NCBI RefSeq assembly: GCF_036971445.1
Contig: NC_091470.1
Location: 196,292,001 to 196,356,000, forward strand
DNA length: 64,000 bases
Reading direction: 5' to 3'
DNA from: Narcine bancroftii
Lineage: Eukaryota
The notes beneath the pieces were generated by a model. It had not been told where the DNA came from and searched no databases. It saw only the letters and a list, made by a program, of their open reading frames with translations. The position numbers and the translations under genes are program-made. This document shows positions 36,767 through 48,284 of the stretch, in pieces; the stretch's first letter is position 1; each line of letters starts with the position of its first letter.

Positions 36767-39700
36767 AGGGATGAGGAGAAGGGGAGGGGGGAGAAGAGGA
36801 GGAAGGGGAGGGGAGGAAGGGGAGAAGGGGAGGGGGAGAAGGGAGGTGGAGAAGAGGAGGAAGGGGAGAAGAGGAGGAAAGTGAGAAGAGGAGAAGGGGA
36901 GAAGGGGAGAAGAGGAGGGAGGGAGGGAGGGAGGGAGGGGAAGGGGAGGGCTGGGGTGAGGTGGGGAGGAGGGAGGGTGAGAAAGGGTAAGGAAGGAGGA
37001 GGTGAGGAAGAGAGAATGAGAGAGAGGGAGAAAAAGAGTGGGAGCGAGTGTAGGTGGGAAGGAGACAGAGAAAAGGGTGAGAGAAGGAAAGTCAGGAGTG
37101 AGAGATGGAAAGAAAGGATAGAGAGAGAAAGGGAGGAAGGAGGATTATGTAGATTCGGGGAAGTGAGGGGGTCGGACAGGGGGATGGAGGTGAGAGACTG
37201 AGAGGAGGGAGAGGTAGAGAAAGAGGCAGGCGGAGGGAGAGGGGAGAGGGGGAAGGGAGAGAGAAAAAGAGTGGGAGATAATGAGGGAGACGGGAGGGAG
37301 AGAAGGTGGGAAGGAACAGAGTGAGGGAGAGAAAGAGTGGGATGGGTAAGGAGTGGGTGAGGAATAGTTTGAAAGAGATGTGGAGAGAGAGTGGTGAATA
37401 AAGAGAGAGGGTGGGAAGTTGCCAGGGAAAGGGTGAGAGAGGAATAGAGAGAGAGAATGTTGGGAGTGTGAGAGAGACAGGGAGGGAGAGACACAGGGGA
37501 GGGACAGAGACAGGGAAGAAGAGAAGGAGAAAGTGAGAGGGGGAAGGGGGAAAAGAGAGGCATGAGGGGAGAGAGAAAGGAGAGGGAAGGGGAAAAGAGA
37601 GAGACAAGGAGGGAGAGAGAGAGAGAGAAAGGTAGGAAGTGGGAAGGGTGAGAGACATAGAGGGGGGAGAGGGATGGGGAGAGACAGCAAGGGAGGGAGA
37701 GAGAGGTTGGGAGGGAGGGTGAGGGTGACAGAGGCTTGTGATGTGATGCAAGGGGAGCTGCGGCCTCGCTGTGCAGGGAGGTGGTGATGTGACGACTGCA
37801 GGGGAGATAACGATGACGTCGCTGCCTCCGAGCATCCTTCTCCCAGTTCAGTGATCAAGGGCACAGAGAGTGAGGTGGGGGGGGGGGGGGGGCAGCTTAT
37901 CAGCGGGCAACACAGGAGCTGAGAGCACACAGCAGCAGGCCTCAGAAACAAAAGCAGGAGACCGTGGGGGTGGGCCTCAGCAGTCCAGAGGAAAGACAAA
38001 GAATTAATCTCCCTTGGGGTGGGTGATTGCTGTCCGTTCAGTGGTGGGAGGATAATGGTGGGGGATACCCCAAGATTCTTATGGCCTGACTCTTTAATTT
38101 CCCACCCCACCCCCCCCCCCCCCAACCACTCCTGATGTGTCCTCCCTGCACCTGTCACAACAAGGTCAGGAACAACACCCGTCAGCATCCAGAGCAACCA
38201 TTGCCGCCTCCTCCACATCAGGGAGACTAGACGCAGACTGGGAGCTCACTTCGCTGACCACCTTCACTCTGTGCACCGCAATAGCAGGCATCTCACAGAG
38301 GCCAACCGTTCCCCACGCCGACCTGCCCGTCTGTGGCCTCATGCTCTGTCACTGGAGGAACACAATGTTCTGTCTGGGACACTCTCCCACCAGGTTACAT
38401 TAACGCTCCCACCCTCTTCCCTCTCCATTCAGAGAGCTGCCCCCTCTCCCAGTCACTTCTCAGCTTCTTTGTCTTCTGCCCTCCCACCTGAGGCCTCTTA
38501 CCTGCTGGCCTGTGCTCGTTCCTGTCCTTCCCTCCTCTCCTCCTCCCCTGCTCCTTTCTACCCCTGCCCCTTCCTCCCTCCTCTCCTCTTCNNNNNNNNN
38601 NNNNNNNNNNNNNNNNNNNNNNNNNNNNNNNNNNNNNNNNNNNNNNNNNNNNNNNNNNNNNNNNNNNNNNNNNNNNNNNNNNNNNNNNNNNNNNNNNNNN
38701 NNNNNNNNNNNNNNNNNNNNNNNNNNNNNNNNNNNNNCTCTTCCTCCCCTGCCTCTTCCTCCCTCCTCCCCTGCCCCTTTGCTCTCTCCTCCTCCCCCCT
38801 ACCCCTTCCTCCCTCCTCCCCTGCCCCTTTGCTCTCTCCTCCTCCCCCTACCCCTTCCTCCCTCCTCCCGCTGCCCCTTCTTCCCTCTCTCCTCTCCAAG
38901 GCAACCTCTGATTTTTCTGTTAACAGGCATCTAACTTGGCCATGTGCGTTGCTAAGGAGTTCCTGTCAGTCGTGACCTGGATATAGTTCATCATCAAAGA
39001 CCCTCATAAACCTCTACAGGTGAAGAGCATTCTGGCCAGTTGGTATGGAGGCACCAACTCTCAGGGCAAGAATAAACTCCAGAGGGTTGTTAACTCAGCC
39101 TGCAACATCACAGGCACCAGACTCCACTCGTCAAGGACATGGACATGAGGCGCTGTCTTAAAAAAGACCCCCCCCCCCCCACCCAAATCACCACCCAGGC
39201 CAAGCCCTCCTCACTCTGCTACCCTCGGGAAGGAAGTCCAGGAGCCTGAAGACGAGCACAAGGGTGGTTTCTTTCCCTCCGCCATCAGGTTCCTGAACGG
39301 ACAATGAATCGCAGACACTGCCTCACTTTGACTTTTTGTGAACTATGTTTATTTATTGTTGTATGGTGGTTTATATAAATGTTTGCCCTGTGATACTGCC
39401 GCAAAACAATGAATTTCGTGACTTCTTCATGACAATAAATTCTGATTCTGGTTCGATCTTCTCAAATGTGGACGATCAGTTCACCTGCTGAGCATCTCCG
39501 TCAAACTCCTTGCCATTGGTGGCTGGGCTTGTCAGATAAGTTGAAGGGACCCTGGGAAGGGTTGCATTCAGGGGCAGGACAGAGGAAACTGGGGTTAAGT
39601 TGGGACATCAGAGTGGAATGTGGAAGTTCTTGTGGGATGTGAAAGTGCCCTCCAAGTGCCCGAGAGGCGCCGTGGGGAGAGACAGTGCCTCATGGCTCCG

Positions 39701-40371
39701 GAGTCCTGGGTTCCATCCTGACCTCGGACGTTGTCTCACATACATGCTTGTGTGTGTGTGATACAGAAGACAGAGACTATGTGTGAGAAAGGATGAGAGT
39801 GAGGGGTATGTAAGAGAGAAAGGGTGGGAGAGAAAAAGTGTATGTGTGCGTGGGCACGTGTGTGTAAAGTTAGAAATGAGCAGGCGCTGAAGATAGTAGA
39901 TGGGGTGGGAGTGAAGATGAACAGTACTTAACCTTTCAGATTGAAAATCTTTGCCAATTTCCAAACCTGGCCAGTTCTCCAGAACATTAACCCTGCCTTT
40001 CTCTCTCCATGGATGCTACCTGACTGGCTGGCTGGCTGCATCACGGTCTGGTATGGGGACACCAATACCCCACCCGAGCGTAAAGCCCTGGAAAAGGTGG
40101 TGGACACAGCCCAGGACATCACGGGCAAATTCGTCCCCCACAGGTGAGAACATCTAGTGAATGCCGCCGTCCGGGAGCAGCAGCGATCGTCAAGGACCCC
40201 ACACGCACCTCAGTCCACGCTCTGTTCTCGCTGCTGCCATCAGGAAAACAGTGTCGGGGCCCCAAGACTCGCACAGCCAGGTTCAAGAACAGCCGCTCCC
40301 CCTCCACCATCTGACCCCTCAACGACAAACTCAATCAGGCGCTCATTTAAAGGCTCCAACTTTGCACATTA

Positions 40372-40978
40372 CACTGGACAACGAAGATTTTGCATCCTGA
40401 ACAATATTGTGTGTATTTTATGGATTTTGGACTGCTGATCATTAAAACTTTTCAATCAGGTACCATTTTACTTTAGATATAACCTATTTTTGGGATTTTC
40501 TGTCATATTTTAAGCCGACTTCAAGCAGACAAAACCATGAAGGGCAACATATCGTTGAAAATTCATTTCCTGCATTCACCCTTGGACATCTTCCCGGCCG
40601 ATCTCGGTGCCGTCAGTGACGAACACGGTGAAAGGTTTCACTGGAACATGGCGACCGTGGAACAGGGTATTGGAGCAACTGGAATCAATTGATGCCGGCC
40701 GACTATTGTTGGCCGCTGACCTGAGAGCCGTCAGATGCCAAGTACAAACGAAAATTAGCGGCAGAACATTTTTAGGTCGGTTGAAGTGACGCAAAGTGTC
40801 AGCGTCATTATGCGATTAAACGCGGTAAATTCAATAAAAGTTAATTTAATGTTTCTCCGACTTCCAACGTGATACAGCAAATCTGAAATCATTTGTGTGC
40901 GTTCGGCTTGACAACTTCATCAATCCCCAATCTCTTTTCAGGAAGTGAAATTTTTGAAAAAAAAATTGGGGTCCAGTG
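40372..40978 (+). mobile_element. Internally deleted Chapaev3-type (CMC) DNA transposon
   Basis: CACTGGAC...GTCCAGTG termini flanked by TTA/ATA (TWA target); degenerate transposase C-terminus SLKIHFLHS.LDIFPADLGAVSDEHGERFH...ADYCW. Confidence 0.75.
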
Positions 40979-41247
40979 ATATTTATTTTGGAGGGGAACA
41001 GCGCTGGGCTCCTGGAGACATTGCGGGACCAGGAGACAATGCTGGAGGATTGGGATGCACGATTCAGGTCTCGCTTGGGAGAATGACAGACTCGAGATGG
41101 GATGCAGGGGCAGTGGGAGCAGCCAATGGGTTCAGGGGAAGCGACCTGGTGGCACAGACTAGAGGGCCTGAATAGCCTGTTCCCGTCCCGCAGTGTTCTG
41201 CATTCGACATTGTGAGGTAATTTTTAAAAAATTTGTTTTCATTATGG

Positions 41248-41650
41248 CCCACGGTGGGTGTAAACGGTTAGCCAGCCATACCGCCAGCGATCGGAACCGG
41301 GGTGTGGGGGGGGGGGGGGGGGGCAGTTCGAATCCGACACTGTCTGTAAGGAGTTTGTATGTTCTCCCCATGTCAGGGCAGGTTTTCCTCGGGGGCTCTG
41401 GTTTCCTCCCACCATTCAAAATGTATGGTTAATTGGGTGTAATTAGGCTTGTGGGCCGGAAGGGCCTGTTACCGTGCTGTATGTCCACATTTTAAAAAAA
41501 ATGTAATAAAGTCCCAATTAACCTACAAAGCTCATAGTTTCTGGAAGGTGGAGCACCCGGAGGAAACCTGGGGAGAGGATACAAACTCCTTCCAGACAGC
41601 GCGGGATTTGAACCCTGGACCCTATCGCTGGCGCTGTGATAGCGATGCAC
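41248..41650. mobile_element. Two tRNA-derived V-domain SINEs, tail to tail
   Basis: Box-B-like GTTCGAATCC, V-domain GGTTTCCTCCC and CR1-like tail. Other copies near 2040, 3640, 6490, 13560, 15250, 15900, 16090, 22200, 28450 and 32230. Confidence 0.8.
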
Positions 41651-42300
41651 AAGTGAGGGTATATCGACAGGCCGAATGTTCTGTGTCGTCCACAGCAGAC
41701 TCGTCTGTCTGCCTTCGAAGAACTGGAATCTTGGGACAACTACGGCGAGAGGCTCGGCGGGTCAAGGAGTGTCCATATGGTGGGCGAGTCCAAATGGTCA
41801 GTCAGCCCCCTGGGACGGTGGCCACAGCGGCGGGCCCAGCGAGGGGCTCAGCAGCTGCATGTGCCACTTGTGGACAGGGTGACCCGCACGGGCTGCTGGA
41901 GATGGGATCTGAGAGGGGGCTGAGGGCAAGGAGAGTACTGAAGGGGGCTTGGGGTGGGGGGGGCTTCCCAATCATATTGGAGGTTTGGGGTGGCCACAGG
42001 AGGCGCTGGGGGTGAATCCACGGACGTCCGGTGACTCTGAAGGGACTCTCTATTGCTTCTCTTTCTCCCGTACTGTAATGGGTGACCATAACGGTGTCTT
42101 ACAAAAAGAAGATGATTTTATGTAATATTACATGTTTGGTATCATTACATGACAATAAAGGAATATTTCCACACCTGTCCATCCATCCATCCTCTTTCTC
42201 TTTGTCTCTGATTCTCTGGAACGTGGGGTCTTGGGGGAGGTGAGTGGGTGAGCAGGCAATGAACAAGCAGGGGACAGGTTGTCTCCTGCTTGGCACTAAA

Positions 42301-42336
<36 letters not shown>

Positions 42337-42364
42337 CCCCACTCCTGCACAAAGGAGTTAGAGA

Positions 42365-42390
42365 AGGAAGTGAGTGTGTGTGAAACTTAA
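42365..42390 (+). promoter_or_regulatory. Candidate ETS site (AGGAAGTG) in the TATA-less promoter of the VJ-type gene
   Basis: About 200 bp upstream of ATG 42573 in non-repeat sequence; motif match only. Confidence 0.3.
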
Positions 42391-42572
42391 TCCTGGCATC
42401 GCCTCTGGTAGATGTTGACTCAGAAGGCAAATACATCACGAGCTAGGATGGACACTCTGCAGTCCGTGACCTGACACTGTATGAGCTGAGGTCTCCGAGT
42501 GGGTACTCCTGCTCCCTGAACCGAGGGTCTTCATGTGAGACATCAAACATCAGCTCATTGATACCTGGAGAC

Positions 42573-42633
42573 ATGGACATCGAAGTGATTCTCTCCAGTG
42601 TCCTGGTCGCCACCTGTCTCTTACTGATTAAAG
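42573..42633 (+). CDS. Signal-peptide exon MDIEVILSSVLVATCLLLIK(G) of the VJ-type Ig gene
   Basis: GACATGG Kozak context, hydrophobic core, phase-1 donor AAG|GTATGT matching the exon at 44064. Confidence 0.85.
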
Positions 42634-43159
42634 GTATGTCAATCAGTCCATCAGTTGGTCTTTCTCCCTTTCCCCAGCACACCTGCCCCCCCACCACTGT
42701 TCCGCTCTCTCCTTTTCACTCTTTCTGTCTCTCTTCCCTCTCTCCATTTCTCCTTCTTACCTTTTACTTTCTCTCCATCTCTCTATCCATTTCTCACCCT
42801 CTAGATCTCTCTCCTTCCCCTCCAACATGGGATGTTTCCAATGATGGGAAAATCCAGAACCCGGGGCCATGGTTTGAGGATAATAGGCAAACCATTTAGG
42901 ACCGAGATGAGGAGGAATTTCTTCACCCAGAGGATGGTGAATCTGTGGAATTCATTGCCACAGATGGCAGTCGAGACAGGTTCATTAAATATATTTAAGA
43001 GGGAATTAGATATATTTCTTCAGTATAAGGGTATTAAAGGTTACGGAGAGAAGGCGGGGACAGGGTACTGAACTTTAAGATCAGCCATGATCTCGTTGAA
43101 TGGCGGAGCAGGCTCGAAGGGTCGAATGACCTACTCCTGCTCCTATCTTCTATGTTTCT

Positions 43160-43560
43160 ATCACACACCCTCCCCTCCATCACACCCCCTCCCCTCCATC
43201 ACATACCCTCCTCTCCCACACCCCCTCTCCTCCAACAACCCCCTCCCCTCCATCACACACCCTCCCCTCCATCACACACACCCTCCCCTCCATCACACCT
43301 CCCTCCCCTCCATCACATATCCTCCTCTCCCACACCCCCTCTCCTCCAACAACCCCCTCCCCTCCATCACACCTCCCTCCCATCCATAACACCCCTCCCC
43401 TCCATCACACACCCTCCCCTCCATCACACACCCTCCCCTCCATCACACACACCCTCCCCTCCATCACACCTCCCTCCCCTCCATCACATACCCTCCTCTC
43501 CCACACCCCCTCTCCTCCAACAACCCCCTCACCTCCATCACACACCCTCTCCTTCATCAA
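43160..43560. repeat. ~19-bp C-rich minisatellite (CCCTCCCCTCCATCACACA)
   Basis: Tandem copies visible. Confidence 0.9.
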
Positions 43561-44063
43561 CCCTCTTGCCTCCATCACTCACCCACCTCCCCTCCATCAC
43601 AGTCCACCCCTCTATCAAACATCCCCTATCCTCCATCGACTCCATCACATACCCCCCTCCCCTCTATTGACTCCATCGGTAGGTGTACAGAATGGGCTGC
43701 CAGAGGGGGTGGATGAGGCAGGGACTATTGCAACGTTAAAGAAACATTGGGATGGATCCAGGGACGGGATGGGTTTAGAGGGGTGTGGGCAGGTGGGACC
43801 AGTGTGGGTGGGACATGTTGGTTGGCATGGGCAGATTGGGTAAAAGACCAGTCTCAACAGTAAATGACCCGATCAAAGGTACTTGGGTGGGTATGTGGAT
43901 AGGAAAGGTTTGGCTGACGTGGACCAAATGTGGGTCAGCATGGAGGGATGGGATGAATGGCCTGTTTAGGGTAGGGTATACCTGGTGAAATCGTGCTGGG
44001 GCTGAGGGATGCCGGTCAATGCAATGCTCCTTGACATGCCAACAACCTTTCTCTCACCTGCAG

Positions 44064-44420
44064 GGCTCGTGGCGGGAGGCGGCGTTCACCAATCGCCGCT
44101 CTCGCTCGAGGTCCCCGCTGGCTCCAGCGCTGAGCTTGTCTGCCGCTACAACCAGCCGGCCACCACGGTCCTTGAGGCGGCATTCCAGTGGGTCCTGCCG
44201 TCCGGCCGGCTGTACGCCCTAGTGCCTGGGGCCAGGACGGGGGGCCAGGCCAACAGGCGGGCGACTGTCCATGCCAACCTGCGGACCAGGAGCAGCCGGT
44301 TGCTGATTGACTCTGCCTCGCTGGCCGACAGCGGCCTCTACCTGTGCACCGTGCAATTCCTGGAGCCTCTGCCCATCGTCCAGATGGAAGGCCCCGGCAC
44401 CTGGCTTCATGTTATCCAAG
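44064..44420 (+). CDS. Germline-joined VJ-type IgV exon, CD28/CTLA4/TMIGD2/NKp30-like receptor
   Basis: 357-bp phase-1/1 exon (CTCACCTGCAG| ... CAAG|GTACGA); VHQSP, GSSAELVCRY, FQW, LADSGLYLC, FG loop TVQFLEPLP and J-like GPGTWLHV. Confidence 0.9.
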
Positions 44421-44719
44421 GTACGACCCCAATCCCGAAGCTCTCTCCGTCACCGAGCCTGCACAGCTCCCCAAAATCAACAGGTAATTATGCATTAAGG
44501 GGTGGTGATAGAGGCCGACAAGATTTTGAGAAGTAGAAACTCAGCTGGTCAAACAGTGTAGTTTAGACAGCAAAGTGGGGCATGGCTTAGGGGGAAGACA
44601 TGGAGAAACATCTCCCCGGCAGAACTTTTTAAAACTAGTATAGAACTTTTAAAATTAGTTTGAAAATTGTGGACTGTATTGTTGAAGAACTATTAACAAC
44701 AAGGGAAACTAAAACTCAA

Positions 44720-47700
44720 ACTGCTATTAAATCAACTGCTCTGTTCAAATTCGGGTCTCCAAGCCTTCCAAGCCCTCAAGGACTTTACTGAATACTTGGA
44801 ATCGATGGACACCTTAGAGGCCATGGACAAGGCCCCCAAGAATGAAGTCTACACCAGGTCCCAGGATGACGTCCCCACTACCGACGGCTAACGCGATGAC
44901 GTCGTCTCCTTCGACGGGCGACGTGATGATGTCACTTCCTCCCACACCAACAGTGCGACCAACGGGCAAGGACAGCCATGCCATCACCAATCACCCCCAC
45001 ACGGCGTTGCCATCTTGTGCTGGGTGGGCAACAGCGCCGCCGTCACCTGGGCCTACCTTACCCGCACCAATGACTACTCGCACTGACGATGTGGTAAACA
45101 CGGGCGCCAACCAGACCACCCTACCGACACAGCCCATGCCTGTACTCACCACGAGAGTCACTCCACATGGCCTCAGGGGCTCCATGATGGATGTCGTTGT
45201 CAATGGTCAGGTACCAAAATGCCTACTCAACAGCAGCAACAGCGAGAGCTTCATACACCCAAACCTGGCCCGAACTTTGTGACTTAAAATCTACCCCACC
45301 ATCTTGGCTATCGCTTTCGCTGCCCTGGTCCGCTCTATAAATAACCTCAGGCACTGCTTAGCCGATCTGAATGTGGGAGGGGAGAGACATACAACAGGTT
45401 CAGGCTAAGTCCTCCTGGGCTTAGATTTCAATGTCACCTGCAGAGTGTCACCCTTGCCTTCGGGGAGCCCCTACCCCAACTCATGCTCCACAGTGCACCA
45501 TACAACCAGTCCCGGCCAACCTACAGCCTCTCCACGCTGAGTATTGCCCCTCCCGCCCTCTTCTCACACGTCACGCTAGATTGCAAGCCAATAGCCGCCA
45601 GAAGTAGGTGCTATTGCGCCGCAGACAGAGACTTCTTCAGGGCCGAGGTGCAGCGGCTTCTGGCAAAAGGTGTCATGGAACCCAGCAACAGCTCATGAGG
45701 GACCCCAAGTTCTGGTGGTCAAAGAGGGAAGCAAGCCGAGGATGGCCATGGATTACAGCCAGACCATCAACCGGTACACCCTCTGGACGCCTACCCCTTA
45801 CTGAGGATAGCCAACATAGTCAACGAGATAGCCCACTAATGGGTCCTCCACAATTGACCTGAAGTTGGCTTTTCACCAACTCGCCATCTACCCACAGGAC
45901 AAGCCCTATACTGCCTTTGAGGTGGGTGGGTGTCTCTACCAGTTCCACCGAGTTCCATTTGGGGTCACGAATGGGGTCTTCCAGCGGGAGATGGATCGCA
46001 TGGTAGACCGGCGCAAATTAAAAGTGACCTTCCCGTACCTGGATAACATCACCATCTGCAGCTATGACCAGCAGGACCACAATGCAAACCTGGAGAAATT
46101 TCTCCGGACAGCCGAGGAGCTGAACCTCACTTACAATAAAGAGAAGTGCATGTTCAGCACCACCCGCCTCGCCATTCTGCAGTACATTGTGGCACATGGT
46201 GTCATTGGCCTGGATCCAGAATGGATGCGCCCATTAATGGAGCTGCCCTTCCCCCCCATGCTCAAGGCCCTCCGCAGGTGCCTTGGCTTGTTCTCTTATT
46301 ACTCTCAGTGGGTTCCCCACTTCTCAGACAAGGTCCGCCCACTGGCCCAGGTCACCACCTTTCCCCTCCCACTCGAGGTGCAGGCAGCCTTCAGGCGCAT
46401 CAGGCAGGTCATCGCAGACGCCACGATGAATGCCATGGACGAGGACTCCCCCTTCGAGGTGGAGTGCGATGCCTCTGATGTGGCCCTTGCCGCTATCCTT
46501 AAACAGGACGGGTGCCCTGTTGCCTTCTTCTCCAGAACCATCCACAGTTCCAAGCTAGGGAACTCCGCCATTGAAAAAGAGGCCTAGGCGATCGTGGAAG
46601 CGGTCTGCCACTGGTACTACTACCTGGCCATCAGGAGGTTCACCCTCCTCACCAACCAGCGTGCATGGCGTTCATGTTCAACACCACCCACAAAGGCAAG
46701 ATCAAAAGCAATAAGATCTTACGCTGGAGAGTTGAGCTGGCAATGTACAGGTACGACATTCAGTACCATCCAGGGAAGTTTAATTACACCCTCTCCCGGA
46801 CCTGCACATCACTCCACGACAACCAGCTGCAGGCACTGGCATAAGTCATTCTGCCACCTGGGCGTCACCCGCTTATACCACTTTATCAAGTCTCGAAACC
46901 TCCTGTACACCTTCAGGGATGTCAGGACTATGAATGAGGGGTGGCAGGTCTGCATGGAATGCAAGCCCTGCTTTTTCTGCCCACCCCAGGCTCACATCGT
47001 AAAGGCCTCTCGGCCCTTCGAGTGCCTCAGCATAGACTTCAAGGCCCCGCTGCCTTTGCGGTCATAGATGAGTACTCACGCTTCCCTTTTACAATCCCAT
47101 GCCCAGACACCTCCATGGCCACCATCATCAGGGCACTGACGCAGATATTCACCATATTTGGCTATCCCGCGTTCATCCACAGTGATCAGGGGTCCAGCTT
47201 CATGAGTGAGCAACTGCTCCAGTACCTGACAGCAAGGGGCACTGCGGTTAGTTACAACCCGAATGTGAATGCACAGGTGGAGTGCGAAAATGGGGTAATC
47301 TGGAAAACAGTCCTCCTGGCCCTTAAGTCTAAGGGGTGGTCCATAGAGTACTAGCAGGACGCCCTCCCCAAGGCGCTCCATGCCATCAGGTCACTCCTGT
47401 GCGTGGCTATCAATGAGACCCCTCATGAACGCCTGTTTGGGTTCCCGAGGAAATCGGTGACGGGAACATCTCTCCCAGCATGGTTCACATCCCCGGGACC
47501 AGTGTTCCTGCACGTGCAGCCTAAAAGGCCGAAACCCTGCTCGAGCAGGAGTTCCTCTTACACTCAAACCATAACTATGCCTACGTTAGGTTCAGCAGTG
47601 GCAAGGAGGACACCATCTCAACCAGGGACCTGGCACCAGCAGGAGCATCCACCACAGCACAACAGCCTCCATTGTCCCAGGACCATGCCGGCCTGACACA

Positions 47701-48240
47701 CTGCCCCAATCCCGGACAGCTGTGGGACACCCAAGACCTCCATGGGCACCCGGAATCACTCGAACCGTGGGAGACAAACCCGTCTGCCTCCCCCCACCCA
47801 TCCAACGCCTCACACACACTTCAACTTTGGCTGCCCCTGCCACCCTACCACGCTGCACCATGCCAGCTGCTCTGGCCCCCACCCACCCCGACTAGCCCCT
47901 GCTTATCCTTGCCGATCTCTCACCAGGAGCCAACCCTGCAACAGTCGCAGAGACTCTGGACCAACTAAATGTAAACAATGTATATATGTTTGGGGCTTTT
48001 TTGTAGGACATGAAATGTAACCTCCCCACCCCTGGGACAATTTTAATGAAGGGGTAGAATGTGGTGATACACCACTAGCCGACTGCAGGGGGAGACCTGT
48101 GTACCTGCAGGAAGAGCCCCGGAGGACAAGGCAACACCTGGCCGGCTGTCAATCAGCTGACCTGAATGGACCAAGCCCCACCTGGTCAACTGCCAATCAC
48201 CCTCCGGGATATAAACCACATCCGGCCTATTGAGGTCAGT
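44720..48240 (+). mobile_element. Degenerate Gypsy/Ty3 LTR retrotransposon (PR-RT-RH-IN, PPT, partial 3' LTR from 48060)
   Basis: Protease CLLNSSNSESFI, RT YTAF..VPFGVTNG..YLDN, RH ECDAS..VAFFSR, IN H..C..C, HSDQG, QVECEN; PPT GAAGGGGTAGAA then TGTGGTG; many stops and frameshifts. Confidence 0.93.
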
Positions 48241-48284
48241 CGAGGGGAAAGGGGGAAAATAGCATTAATTAAAATGGATGTGAC

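Noticed and set aside
38150-38218. Leader-like MWRRRQWLLWMLTGVVPDLVVTG on the minus strand
   Set aside because: Weak Kozak context and donor (GTGCAG), and no partner exon found.
41250-41340. tRNA gene (GTTCGAATCC)
   Set aside because: It is the tRNA-derived head of a multicopy SINE; no cloverleaf.
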